Part shown: positions 24,859 to 33,522 of the stretch, in pieces
How the letters are laid out: the number at the start of each line of letters is the position of its first letter
How positions within the stretch are numbered: the stretch's first letter is position 1
Origin: Mariniblastus sp.
GTDB lineage: Bacteria; Planctomycetota; Planctomycetia; Pirellulales; Pirellulaceae
Assembly: GCA_022447555.1 (NCBI GenBank)
Contig: JAKVBF010000010.1
Location: 205,257-269,256, forward strand
DNA length: 64,000 nt
Direction of reading: 5' to 3'
Notes under the pieces: generated by a model
What the model was told of the DNA's origin: nothing
What the model saw: only the letters and a program-made list of their open reading frames with translations
Database searches by the model: none
Position numbers and translations under genes: made by a program

Positions 24859-27800
24859 TTGCCCATGAATAGTTGTCAGCTAATTAACAAGTATCACCCT
24901 ATTCTTTCTCCGCTTTTGTTTTTTCTGTTTCTGGGGCTTTCCTGCATTCCCTCACTGTGGGCGGATTGGCCAGAACATCGTGGCAATCTCCAGAGGACGG
25001 GGTATCACGAACAAGTCTTGCAGTCAAAATACTGGGCCCCACTTTGGAGACTCGACCGTCTCAGTCCCTCACAGCCAGCGTGGCCGGCGCCTGCAAAAGC
25101 AAGCTTGTGGCAGAAACTCGAAAGCATTGATGCCCGCGTTACCGATGATCAGGTGGACGTTCCACTAATTGTCCAAGATTCCAACGGTCGGTCTCACGTG
25201 TTGATTGCTTCCTCGGCAAGTGATCGGCTATTTTCGATTGATCCGCAGACGGGTGATCTTCAATGGCAATATGTTGCTCGGGCACCGATCCGATATGCCC
25301 CCTCGGTATCCAACGGGATTGCTTACCTAGGGGCCGATGATGGTTTGGTGCGGGCTGTCGATATCTCAAATGGCAAAGAAGTTTGGCGAACGCGTATCGG
25401 TCCAGCGATGCCCTGGATCGTTGGCAACGGCCGAATGATCAGCTCGCATCCGATTCGAACCTCGGTCGTTGTTCAGGAGGGACTTGTTTTTGCAACCGCC
25501 GGACTGTTCCCAAGTCAGGGTGTCTATTCGGTGGCACTGGCCATCGATTCAGGTGACGTCGTGTGGCGGCGAAAGATCATGCAATCCCCTCAAGGGTACT
25601 TGCTAGCCGATCAGGACAAAATCTATCTTCCTACAGGCCGTTCCCAACCTTTTGCTGTCAAAAAAACGGATGGAAGATTTTTGTATGACTTGCCGTCACC
25701 CGGTGGCAGTTTTTGCATGCTCACGCCGGAAGCTTTTTTCTCGGGTCCTGGAAATAATTCTACGATTGAGGGTAAGTCCAAGCAGATTGGCGCCAAAATG
25801 CTTTCCTTTCAGGGAAAGCAATTTGCTGCAGGCGGCGGCAAAATCTGGACCTCCAATGGCGTGAGACTGGTTGGGCATAGTATGGCTGCCGTATTGCGGG
25901 GCGAGCAATCAACGACTTGGTCGATTGATTGCGAACTCGACCAGTCGTTGATTGTTTCGGGAGAGACTGGAGATCAAACTTTGTTTGTGGCTGGCGGTCC
26001 GGAGATCCGTTTGTATGACGCCGACACGGGCGAAGCCCGCGGACTCTTATCGGTGGATGATCCGGAAGCTGAAATCAAATCGCTTGCGGTGAGCCGTTTG
26101 CGGGGCAGCGAGCAAGAGTTGTTGGTGGCTGCGACCGTATCTGGAAAGGTTTTCGCTTGGCAGGGGGTGAAAGGAATTGAATCAGGCGCTTGGCCCAAAT
26201 ATTCAAGAGGGCGAGGGGAGTTGACCGCGGTTCCGTCAGTTGCCCCCGCGATCGTAGAAGAAGTCCGGCAGACGCTTGTATCTCCTCGGGGCTGGGCTCT
26301 GGTGCTTGAAGATGGTAACGGTTCACTAGTGAATGCTCTGCTTGAAAAAACTCATTTGAAGATTGTATCGTTAATTTCTGATCAGGAATCGGTTCTGCGA
26401 TTGCAGGAAGATTTTCGAAGGAGAGGCCTATATGGTCACCGTGTGACGGTCTGGCAACACGCTGAGACAAATCCTCTACCGTTTTCGAAAGGGGTATTCA
26501 ATGTTTTGCTGGAAGCCAACTCAACGGCCCACCAAACAGCGGACTTGTTAGATTATGTTGCGCCGGAAACTGGCTGTCTGTGGCGACTTTCACGAAAAGA
26601 ACGACTTTTAGCACCCCGTCAAAAAGGTGTAGGTGTTTGGCGGCATCAGTATGCAAATCCCGGCAACAGTGCCGCGACACAAGATCAGATGGTAGGAAAT
26701 GCAGAGTCCTTTCGTTTGCTTTGGTTTGGTGGAGTGGGTCCTAGTCGGATGCCGGATCGCCATTTGAGGGGGCCTGCACCATTGACGGCCGGCGGCGCGG
26801 CAGTCATGCAAGGGGACGGGGTCCTGATTGGAATCGATCCGGCGAATGGTACAGAACGCTGGCAACTTGAATTACCGGATTCTGCAATGCGCTACGTCAC
26901 TCCCTTTGATGCAGGATACGCCTGTTTGACAACAGAAGGGAACGAGCTGATTGTTGCGGCAAACCAAGGCCTATGGCGGGTGGACGCCTATTCTGGCGAG
27001 ATTCTCAGTTCGATCGAAGTGGGCGAGGAAGACGCTTGTTGGGGATACGTTGCCGAGGTGAATGGCAATGTTTTTGCTTCCGTGATGAAGTCAACGGCTC
27101 CTCGAACGGCCATTGATAATAAAACTCGATTCACTTACGTCGATTCCGACTACCGCTCTGAAAGACCTTTGGTAACGAGCCGTCGACTTGACCAATGGAA
27201 CTTGAGAGGAGCAAGGAATTGGTCGTACGAATCGCAGGGTGTGATCCTGAACGGGACGATAGCGTTGAATGACCAGCAGGTTGTATTTGTGGAGGCGCGG
27301 TCCCCGGATTGTGTCCAGCATGAAACGGATCGAATCTCGCTTGCGACCCTGATGGAGACTCCTTATTTGGTGAGCCTCTGCTCGGATTCGGGAGAGATTG
27401 CTTGGGAAACTCCGTTGGATTGGAGTGATGCGCGAAATATGCTCTACGCGCAATTAGTGGATAACAAAGTCGTTTTGACAACGTCCAAAAGTCAGGGTGA
27501 TAAAGCTCACTATATGATTCGTGTTGTGAATGCTGAAGACGGATCGCCGATCTGGACGGCTGAGCACGAGCATGTGAAAAACGGTCTTTTTCATGGAGAG
27601 CAGGTCCACCACCCTGTCATTTTAAATCGTCCCGACGGACAGATCGTTTTGGTAGCTGAGCCCTATCTTTACAACCTTGCCACTGGACTAAGGACGGTGC
27701 CAGACGGGGCTGCCGAGGATTGGGCCCTGAAGCGTCCGGGGCATAGCTGCGGGACCCTGTCAGGAGCCGGTAACTCTCTTTTTTTCAGAGCGAGTAATCC

Positions 27801-28659
27801 CACCGTCTTAAATCTGGAAAACTCGACGTTCACGGCCTTGGCCCCGACGCGAGCGGGATGCTGGATTAATATGATTCCTGCAGGTGGACGATTGCTCATT
27901 CCCGAGGGGAGTGCCAGTTGCGTTTGTCATTATTCACTGCAGACGTCCATGGCATTCGCTCCGATTGCAGGGAGGGGACCTGACAAGGAGATTCCAACGT
28001 TGCCGGATGTTTTGCCTAAACGAGAGGTTGCGGTTGCCAAGCCACTTTACCGGTGGCTGTTTACCTTGGAATCGATTCGTGATCAATCATTCCTGCCCGC
28101 GGTTGGCGAGGTCCTGCTAAACGCTTCCGAACCCCCTGTCTTTTTGTCGGACGGTCTTGTTTTAAACGGAACCCAATGGTTGGCAAATCACCTCGATTTC
28201 GCCAGGCTACCGCGAATGCCCGAGACGATTACATTGGAAGCATGGGTTCAGATAGACGCGTCTCCGAAATGGTGCGGAATCGTGGGTGCCGTTCAGGACA
28301 ATGGGAGCTACGAGCGAGGCTGCATGTTGGGCGTTCACGACGGAAGGTTCTTTTTTTCATTGGCGTCGGATCAGCGACAATCGTTGACTTATCTGGAGTC
28401 GCCCACTCCCTTGGAAAAAGGAAAGCTGTCCCACATTGTTGGAACCTACGACGGTAGTCTGATGCGACTTTACATCAATGGAGTGGAGGTTGCTCAGAGT
28501 GATCAGCAGCAGGGGAGCCTATTGGTCGATGAAAAGAGCTGGTTGGCGGTAGGAGCCTATAAAGACAACGATGAATTTTATCCGCTCAAAGGAGTGGTTC
28601 GCTCGGTCACCATTTACGATGGTGTGGTCGATACAGAGACCATTGGTGCGGCGCATTGA
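24859..28659 (+). CDS. large secreted PQQ-like beta-propeller repeat protein with C-terminal LamG/concanavalin-like domain
   Basis: 1266 aa with a signal peptide. Two blocks of PQQ/BamB-like repeats (e.g. DGLVRAVDISNGKEVW, IDPANGTERW). The C-terminus LEAWVQ...GTYDGSLMRLYINGVEV is typical of LamG. Confidence 0.75.
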   Translation: MPMNSCQLINKYHPILSPLLFFLFLGLSCIPSLWADWPEHRGNLQRTGYHEQVLQSKYWAPLWRLDRLSPSQPAWPAPAKASLWQKLESIDARVTDDQVDVPLIVQDSNGRSHVLIASSASDRLFSIDPQTGDLQWQYVARAPIRYAPSVSNGIAYLGADDGLVRAVDISNGKEVWRTRIGPAMPWIVGNGRMISSHPIRTSVVVQEGLVFATAGLFPSQGVYSVALAIDSGDVVWRRKIMQSPQGYLLADQDKIYLPTGRSQPFAVKKTDGRFLYDLPSPGGSFCMLTPEAFFSGPGNNSTIEGKSKQIGAKMLSFQGKQFAAGGGKIWTSNGVRLVGHSMAAVLRGEQSTTWSIDCELDQSLIVSGETGDQTLFVAGGPEIRLYDADTGEARGLLSVDDPEAEIKSLAVSRLRGSEQELLVAATVSGKVFAWQGVKGIESGAWPKYSRGRGELTAVPSVAPAIVEEVRQTLVSPRGWALVLEDGNGSLVNALLEKTHLKIVSLISDQESVLRLQEDFRRRGLYGHRVTVWQHAETNPLPFSKGVFNVLLEANSTAHQTADLLDYVAPETGCLWRLSRKERLLAPRQKGVGVWRHQYANPGNSAATQDQMVGNAESFRLLWFGGVGPSRMPDRHLRGPAPLTAGGAAVMQGDGVLIGIDPANGTERWQLELPDSAMRYVTPFDAGYACLTTEGNELIVAANQGLWRVDAYSGEILSSIEVGEEDACWGYVAEVNGNVFASVMKSTAPRTAIDNKTRFTYVDSDYRSERPLVTSRRLDQWNLRGARNWSYESQGVILNGTIALNDQQVVFVEARSPDCVQHETDRISLATLMETPYLVSLCSDSGEIAWETPLDWSDARNMLYAQLVDNKVVLTTSKSQGDKAHYMIRVVNAEDGSPIWTAEHEHVKNGLFHGEQVHHPVILNRPDGQIVLVAEPYLYNLATGLRTVPDGAAEDWALKRPGHSCGTLSGAGNSLFFRASNPTVLNLENSTFTALAPTRAGCWINMIPAGGRLLIPEGSASCVCHYSLQTSMAFAPIAGRGPDKEIPTLPDVLPKREVAVAKPLYRWLFTLESIRDQSFLPAVGEVLLNASEPPVFLSDGLVLNGTQWLANHLDFARLPRMPETITLEAWVQIDASPKWCGIVGAVQDNGSYERGCMLGVHDGRFFFSLASDQRQSLTYLESPTPLEKGKLSHIVGTYDGSLMRLYINGVEVAQSDQQQGSLLVDEKSWLAVGAYKDNDEFYPLKGVVRSVTIYDGVVDTETIGAAH

Positions 28660-28757
28660 TTCATTCAGAACCTCCTATTTCGGATCCTGCCAGCGGTTGT
28701 GTATCCTGATGGATGCCGAGCCAGTGTCTCGTTTGCGAAGAATCCAGTAGCTCGTTC

Positions 28758-29186
28758 TCAAGGATTTTTTGTGTCCACGCGTTGCACGAATCGCTGCATG
28801 ACTCTGAGCGTTTTAGGGCTGACGTGATGTTCAATACCCTCTGAATCGATGGTGGCTGTGGTTTCGTCCACGCCGATGGCGAGTAGAAACTGATGAACGA
28901 TTTCGTGTCGTAACTTAGACTGTACCGCCAACCGCTTCCCCCGGCTGGTGAGTTGGATAGGCTGATAGGGTGTCGTGTCAACCAAGCCCTCGGCCTGTAG
29001 CCTACGAATGATCCGAGACACGGTGACGTGACTAACAGCAAACTTCTTGGCGAGATCTCCTACCCGGCATGAATCCTTTGAGTTGATAATGTCCGCAACC
29101 GCTTCCACGTAATCTTCAGCAGTCTCCGTAGCATGATCATTGCGTGTGCGCCGGTGAGGCGTAGATGGACTCTTGGGATCGGCCAT
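28758..29186 (-). CDS. mntR: DtxR/MntR family metal-dependent transcriptional regulator
   Basis: EDYVEAV...VGDLAKKFAVSHVTVSRIIRRL wHTH, LTSRGKRLA, and RHEIVHQFL..IGVD...EGIEHH metal-site residues as in B. subtilis MntR. Confidence 0.82.
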   Translation of the reverse strand: MADPKSPSTPHRRTRNDHATETAEDYVEAVADIINSKDSCRVGDLAKKFAVSHVTVSRIIRRLQAEGLVDTTPYQPIQLTSRGKRLAVQSKLRHEIVHQFLLAIGVDETTATIDSEGIEHHVSPKTLRVMQRFVQRVDTKNP

Positions 29187-29228
29187 GGAGTAATCTTTGT
29201 GGAAACAACAGGAAGCGACGATAGTAGA

Positions 29229-29828
29229 CTATAGGGGTTGTCGGCCGCTTAACGCATCGGCCAATATCTCTTTGTTGGTGAATTCTAAAATGCTGCCTTG
29301 TGTGATTCCTCGCGCCAGTTTTGTCAATCGAACGTTGTATTCCGATAAGGCGTTGGAAATGTACAATGCCGTTCCGTCCCCTTCGACCGTTGGATTGGTC
29401 GCTAGAATAATTTCTTCGAACTGTCCATTGGAAACGCGATCGACCAAAGCTTCCAGTGTTAATTGATCAGGGCCTATGTTTTCTAATGGGGCAATCCTTC
29501 CAAGCAGGACGTGATACAATCCACGGTATGTACCCGATTGCTCGAGCGCGATTAAGTCGCGTGGTTGTTCGACAACGCAGAGCACGTTTTGTTCCCGTTT
29601 CGGATCTTCACATATGCGACAGATGGGGCCCTCAGCGAGGTTGAAACAGGTTTCACAATAGCGAACGTTCTGACGCACATTTCGAATCGAGTCTGCTAAA
29701 GCAATCGCTTCGGATTCGTTCACCCGAAGGATGTGATAGGTCAGACGCTCTGCAGATTTGCGTCCGATACCGGGTAGCTTCGAAAGCTGCTCGATTACCT
29801 CCAATACGGACTCAGAAAGTTGTGTCAC
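29229..29828 (-). CDS. recR: recombination protein RecR
   Basis: LSKLPGIGRKSAERLTYHIL HhH, the C4 zinc finger CETCFNL..GPICRIC, and a Toprim segment. Confidence 0.95.
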   Translation of the reverse strand: MTQLSESVLEVIEQLSKLPGIGRKSAERLTYHILRVNESEAIALADSIRNVRQNVRYCETCFNLAEGPICRICEDPKREQNVLCVVEQPRDLIALEQSGTYRGLYHVLLGRIAPLENIGPDQLTLEALVDRVSNGQFEEIILATNPTVEGDGTALYISNALSEYNVRLTKLARGITQGSILEFTNKEILADALSGRQPL

Positions 29829-30244
29829 TTGGAACCACCTGGATTTTCGTTTTCGTGAGGATAATCGATTTCATCTTCCTCCACGGCACCAGTCAATCCA
29901 GACATTTGTTTTAGCATGTCATCCATTCCTGCTGGCATCTGCATGCCGCCGGTGAATTCTTGCATCATTTCCACGTGCAGCGTTTTTGCCTTGGCCATGG
30001 CGTCGTTGATAGCGGCTGGCAAAAGATCCTGCACCATTTCCATATCTCCCTTTTCGCGGAGTATGTCATCGATTGCAATGGAGTGGACGATGCCAAGGCC
30101 ATCGGCGATCACCGTGACCATTCCGCCCCCGGCGGTGCCGGTTACTCGCTTAGATTTTAATGCTTCTGTCTTGGCGGGTAGCTCAGTGCCCATGGACTGC
30201 GCCTGTTTGATCAGGGAGGCAATATTGCCAAGTCCTTTAAACAT
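29825..30244 (-). CDS. ybaB: YbaB/EbfC nucleoid-associated protein
   Basis: MFKGLGNIASLIKQAQSM...VTGTAGGGMVTVIADG. Sits between dnaX and recR as in most bacteria. Has an acidic C-terminal extension. Confidence 0.9.
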   Translation of the reverse strand: MFKGLGNIASLIKQAQSMGTELPAKTEALKSKRVTGTAGGGMVTVIADGLGIVHSIAIDDILREKGDMEMVQDLLPAAINDAMAKAKTLHVEMMQEFTGGMQMPAGMDDMLKQMSGLTGAVEEDEIDYPHENENPGGSK

Positions 30245-30297
30245 AATCTTTCTCCGTCAAAGCAGTTAAAGGTCAGTCATTTCGACCTAATGGCTAC

Positions 30298-32157
30298 TTA
30301 GTCTTTTCGTTTAGGTTTGTGGAAATCAACGATTTCTGCATCGAACAATTCGATGGCACTTTGGATCAGTGGGTTTTCTTCGAGCTGCCGTATCTGTTGA
30401 ACTCGAGTTAATCTGGGTTTCTGTTTGGTGTGATTGGTTTCGATGTTTGCAGTGAAGTCAATCCGGATGTTTTGTCCCGTCGTTTGCTGTAAAGCAGACT
30501 CGAGCTTTTGCTTTCGCTCCGGTCGGCTGCACATATCGCTCGTGTATTTGTCGCTAAGGGTGACGACTAGTTTGTCGGGCTGTGCCAACTCAAGTTTACG
30601 ATATTGTGACGCCATGTCGGAAGTCATGTCGCCGCAGGATTCGATGGTCATCCGCCAGACTTGTTCTACATTACCCCGATGGATGGGAGTGGTTTGAGGA
30701 TTGACGCTTTGATGCTCAGCGTGTGGTTTTTCTGTTTCGAGCATTGCGACCGTTGATTCTACCCTTTTAGATGGCGGTGGGCTGGGAATCGATGTCGGCT
30801 CGGGCCGAATCGCCGGAGAAGCAGGCGAAGTCGGACTAGGTGAAGTCGAACTAGGTGAAGTCGAACTAGGTGAAGTCGAACTAGGTGAAGTCGAACTAGG
30901 TGAAGTCGAACTAGGTGAAGTCGAACTAGGTGAAGTCGGACGATGAGGTTTAAGTTCAGTTATTTCGTTTTTTTTTATAGTTGGTGCTCGGCTTGCGGGG
31001 CTCGTTTTGGATTGTCCTAGTTGGCTGGCCAGATCAGCAAGCAGGTCGAGATTTTCGAGGTTGCATATGCGTACTGCTGCGACTTCTAGAAGGGTTCGCG
31101 TATGTAAGCTGGACTGCATTCGAACGACCGTTTGATCTAAAATTTGGATTATCGAAAGGATGGTTTCCAGTCCCAAGTGTTCGGACTGCTTTTTGAGTTC
31201 CGAAACGTCAGAATCGCCACAATTAAGCAGGATGTCGGAGGTCCCTCCCACATGCATAGCCATCATGTCTCTAAAGTAGCCGAGGGTCTGCTCAGTTAAT
31301 TGTCCCGCGTCGACTCCTGATTCGATGGCGGCGGCAATCTGTGCCAGGCACTCACCGGATTGAGCGGACGTCATCGCCGAAGCGAATTCTGAAATCCGGC
31401 CCATGTCGGCCGTTCCCAGCAATTGGTTAACATCTTCTACAGTCAGACGCTGGTCACAAAAAGAAAGGAGTTGCTCCAGCAGCGATTGACTGTCCCGCAT
31501 GGAACCACCGGCTCGCCTTGCGAGTAGGGCTAATGCAGCTTCGTCCGCCTCGATTTGTTCATTCTCGCAGATTTCCTTCAGGCGTTGAGCAATCTCGTTT
31601 GTTTGCACGGGAGAAAAATCAAAACGCTGACATCGTGATAGAACCGTGATCGGGATCTTTTGAGGATCGGTTGTGCAAAAAATAAATTTGACATGTTCGG
31701 GAGGCTCTTCGAGCGTTTTGAGCAACGCATTAAAAGCCGGTGATGTCAGCATGTGAACTTCATCGATGATGTAAATTTTGTAACGGGAGCGACTGGGACG
31801 GACGTTGGCATTGGAGCGAAGCTGGCGAATTTCATCAATTCCTCGATTGCTTGCTCCATCAATTTCTAAAACATCTACGTCTTCGCCGATCGACACGGTG
31901 TGACAGATGTCGCACGCATTGCAGGGCACGACCGTGGGCCCTTGTTTGCAATTCAGGCATTTGGCAAAGATTCTTGCTGAGGACGTTTTTCCTACTCCGC
32001 GAGCTCCTGTAAATAGATATGCATGGCCGACCCGATTTTGGCGGATGGCGTTGGAGAGAGCCTGAGAAATATGCCCCTGCCCCACCAGGTCGGCAAACGA
32101 CTGAGGTCGATAACGGCGTGCAACAACCGTGTATTGCGTTTTTTCAGGGGAAGTCAT
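30298..32157 (-). CDS. dnaX: DNA polymerase III subunit tau (gamma/tau)
   Basis: ARRYRPQSFADLVGQ, GARGVGKTS Walker A, the CNAC..C zinc module, IIDEVHMLT Walker B and the SRC motif. Has a Pro/Ser/Thr repeat linker. Confidence 0.95.
   Translation of the reverse strand: MTSPEKTQYTVVARRYRPQSFADLVGQGHISQALSNAIRQNRVGHAYLFTGARGVGKTSSARIFAKCLNCKQGPTVVPCNACDICHTVSIGEDVDVLEIDGASNRGIDEIRQLRSNANVRPSRSRYKIYIIDEVHMLTSPAFNALLKTLEEPPEHVKFIFCTTDPQKIPITVLSRCQRFDFSPVQTNEIAQRLKEICENEQIEADEAALALLARRAGGSMRDSQSLLEQLLSFCDQRLTVEDVNQLLGTADMGRISEFASAMTSAQSGECLAQIAAAIESGVDAGQLTEQTLGYFRDMMAMHVGGTSDILLNCGDSDVSELKKQSEHLGLETILSIIQILDQTVVRMQSSLHTRTLLEVAAVRICNLENLDLLADLASQLGQSKTSPASRAPTIKKNEITELKPHRPTSPSSTSPSSTSPSSTSPSSTSPSSTSPSSTSPSPTSPASPAIRPEPTSIPSPPPSKRVESTVAMLETEKPHAEHQSVNPQTTPIHRGNVEQVWRMTIESCGDMTSDMASQYRKLELAQPDKLVVTLSDKYTSDMCSRPERKQKLESALQQTTGQNIRIDFTANIETNHTKQKPRLTRVQQIRQLEENPLIQSAIELFDAEIVDFHKPKRKD
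30826..30940 (-). repeat. 15-bp tandem repeat inside dnaX (6 perfect units, degenerate unit at each end) encoding (PSSTS)n
   Basis: The unit tgaagtcgaactagg repeats exactly from 30841 to 30930, with flanking imperfect copies. Translates to PSSTSPSSTS... Confidence 0.95.
30968..30976 (-). other. A9 homopolymer (coding strand) in dnaX, candidate slippage/frameshift site
   Basis: Coding strand reads ATA AAA AAA AAC at about codons 394-397. The -1 frame stops at 30958-30956 (TGA) and the +1 frame at 30962-30960 (TAA). Confidence 0.5.
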
Positions 32158-32321
32158 CGGTAAACAGGCAGCGGACTTAAATAGTGTTAATGGGTATCCG
32201 CAATTTTAACCGATCTGCGATTGGAAGGTATAGGCGGAAGAAAAAACGAAGTGATTCAATTCCCACCGTGAAAACGGCCTTGGATCTCGAAAAAGGCTCC
32301 TACCGCGTCACCGCAAAGGTT

Positions 32322-32427
32322 CTGCCGGGGAGAGGGCCCCGCACAAGAGTACCCCGCTTAGGGCTGCTCCATATTTCAGGCCTGACCCGATTCGCGGCTC
32401 CCCCTCGCGGGGCCCACTCTCCGACAG
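32322..32427 (-). ncRNA. ffs: signal recognition particle RNA, small (4.5S-type)
   Basis: Minus strand contains GGGUCAGGCCUGAAAUAUGGAGCAGCCC, matching the domain IV core GGUCAGG...AGCAGCC of E. coli 4.5S. The flanks form a ~106-nt hairpin (CUGUCGGAGAGUGGGCCCC pairs with GGGGCCCUCUCCCCGGCAG). Located ~165 nt upstream of dnaX. Confidence 0.8.
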
Positions 32428-32562
32428 ATAGGTTCCAAGTTTTAAGCCAGAGAAGACTTTACGTCAAATGGTCATTCCGTTTTAACTCTTTTTCCTAACC
32501 GAAAAATAGCCCGAAATTTGATGCGTGGCCGCCATTTATGCTCGATTGGAAAACCGTTCCAC

Positions 32563-33456
32563 CTATTTGCCAAATCCCAGCGTGGCCGTTACTGGGAAGT
32601 GGTCCGACGGGTATTGTCCATTTACCTCGAATTTGTCAATTCCTGCTGCCAGTACCTGAAACTGTTTGGAGGCGCCGATCCAATCAATCCGGGCTCCTGT
32701 GTCAGTCCCCTTAAATCCATTGAATGTGCCTTGCGGCTTGTCATTGTTTTCGGCGATTTCTCTAAACGTGTCGATGACTCGGGTTCCGGGTTTGTTGCCG
32801 GTAAACATGGCCTGATAAGGTTCAGATTCCAGACCCGCATTAAAATCACCGGTGATGATGAAGGCGTGGCCGTCGGCAATGTTGGGTGCTCTTTGGGCTA
32901 GCAATCGGGCTGATTGTACTCTCGCTCTCTCGCCTCGATGATCAAAATGCGTGTTGAACCAAACGAACGAATGGCCGGTTCGAAGATCCTTTAATTTTAC
33001 CCAAGTGACCATCCGAGGCAGTGCGGCATCCCAGCCTTTCGAGCCAGGTTGTTCCGGTTTGGGGCTAAGCCAGAAATGGCCTTCTGCTAATTTTTCGAAC
33101 CGGCTTGTTTTAAAGAATACCGTACACTGTTCCCCTTTTTCCGGAGCGGTTTCACGCCCTCGTCCAACGTGGGAATAGTCAGGTAGATTTTGTTGCAGGA
33201 ATTCAGCTTGAAATTCATAGGTCTCCTGAGTCCCCAACAGATCGGGGGAGTAGTTCGTGATGGTCTTGACGACTAGTTGCTGGCGTTTGTCCCAGTGATT
33301 TGCTCCATCGCGCGCTTTGCCGTTGCGAATATTAAAGCTCATGACTTTTAGTGCGTCGTCGCCAGATACTGAGGGCGTTGCTTCTTGTCCTGTGGCGGTT
33401 AGGGAGGCGAAACTTGCCACCAAAAGCACAATGAACGCGTGCTTACTCATAGGCAT
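32563..33456 (-). CDS. secreted endonuclease/exonuclease/phosphatase (EEP) family protein
   Basis: Signal peptide, MSFNIRNG near the N-terminus, and SDHFPV at the C-terminus. Confidence 0.8.
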   Translation of the reverse strand: MPMSKHAFIVLLVASFASLTATGQEATPSVSGDDALKVMSFNIRNGKARDGANHWDKRQQLVVKTITNYSPDLLGTQETYEFQAEFLQQNLPDYSHVGRGRETAPEKGEQCTVFFKTSRFEKLAEGHFWLSPKPEQPGSKGWDAALPRMVTWVKLKDLRTGHSFVWFNTHFDHRGERARVQSARLLAQRAPNIADGHAFIITGDFNAGLESEPYQAMFTGNKPGTRVIDTFREIAENNDKPQGTFNGFKGTDTGARIDWIGASKQFQVLAAGIDKFEVNGQYPSDHFPVTATLGFGK

Positions 33457-33522
33457 CGTCTTTATGTTTCCTTAATTTTAGAGTTCAGCGTGTGTGCGAT
33501 TTTGCCACGGCTGAATTGCAAT

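Noticed and set aside
28661-29041. 126-aa minus-strand ORF overlapping mntR in another frame
   Set aside because: The MntR frame has clear family motifs (wHTH, EGIEHH). The alternative frame has none.
30826-30940. Regular 15-bp repeats considered as a possible CRISPR-like or intergenic array
   Set aside because: There are no spacers. The array is in frame inside dnaX and encodes a PSSTS linker, so it is reported as a coding VNTR instead.
32184-32498. 104-aa plus-strand ORF between dnaX and the EEP gene
   Set aside because: It overlaps the SRP RNA hairpin on the opposite strand. It is Arg/Pro/Gly-rich with no motif or RBS, and is best explained as a chance ORF over a GC-rich structured RNA.
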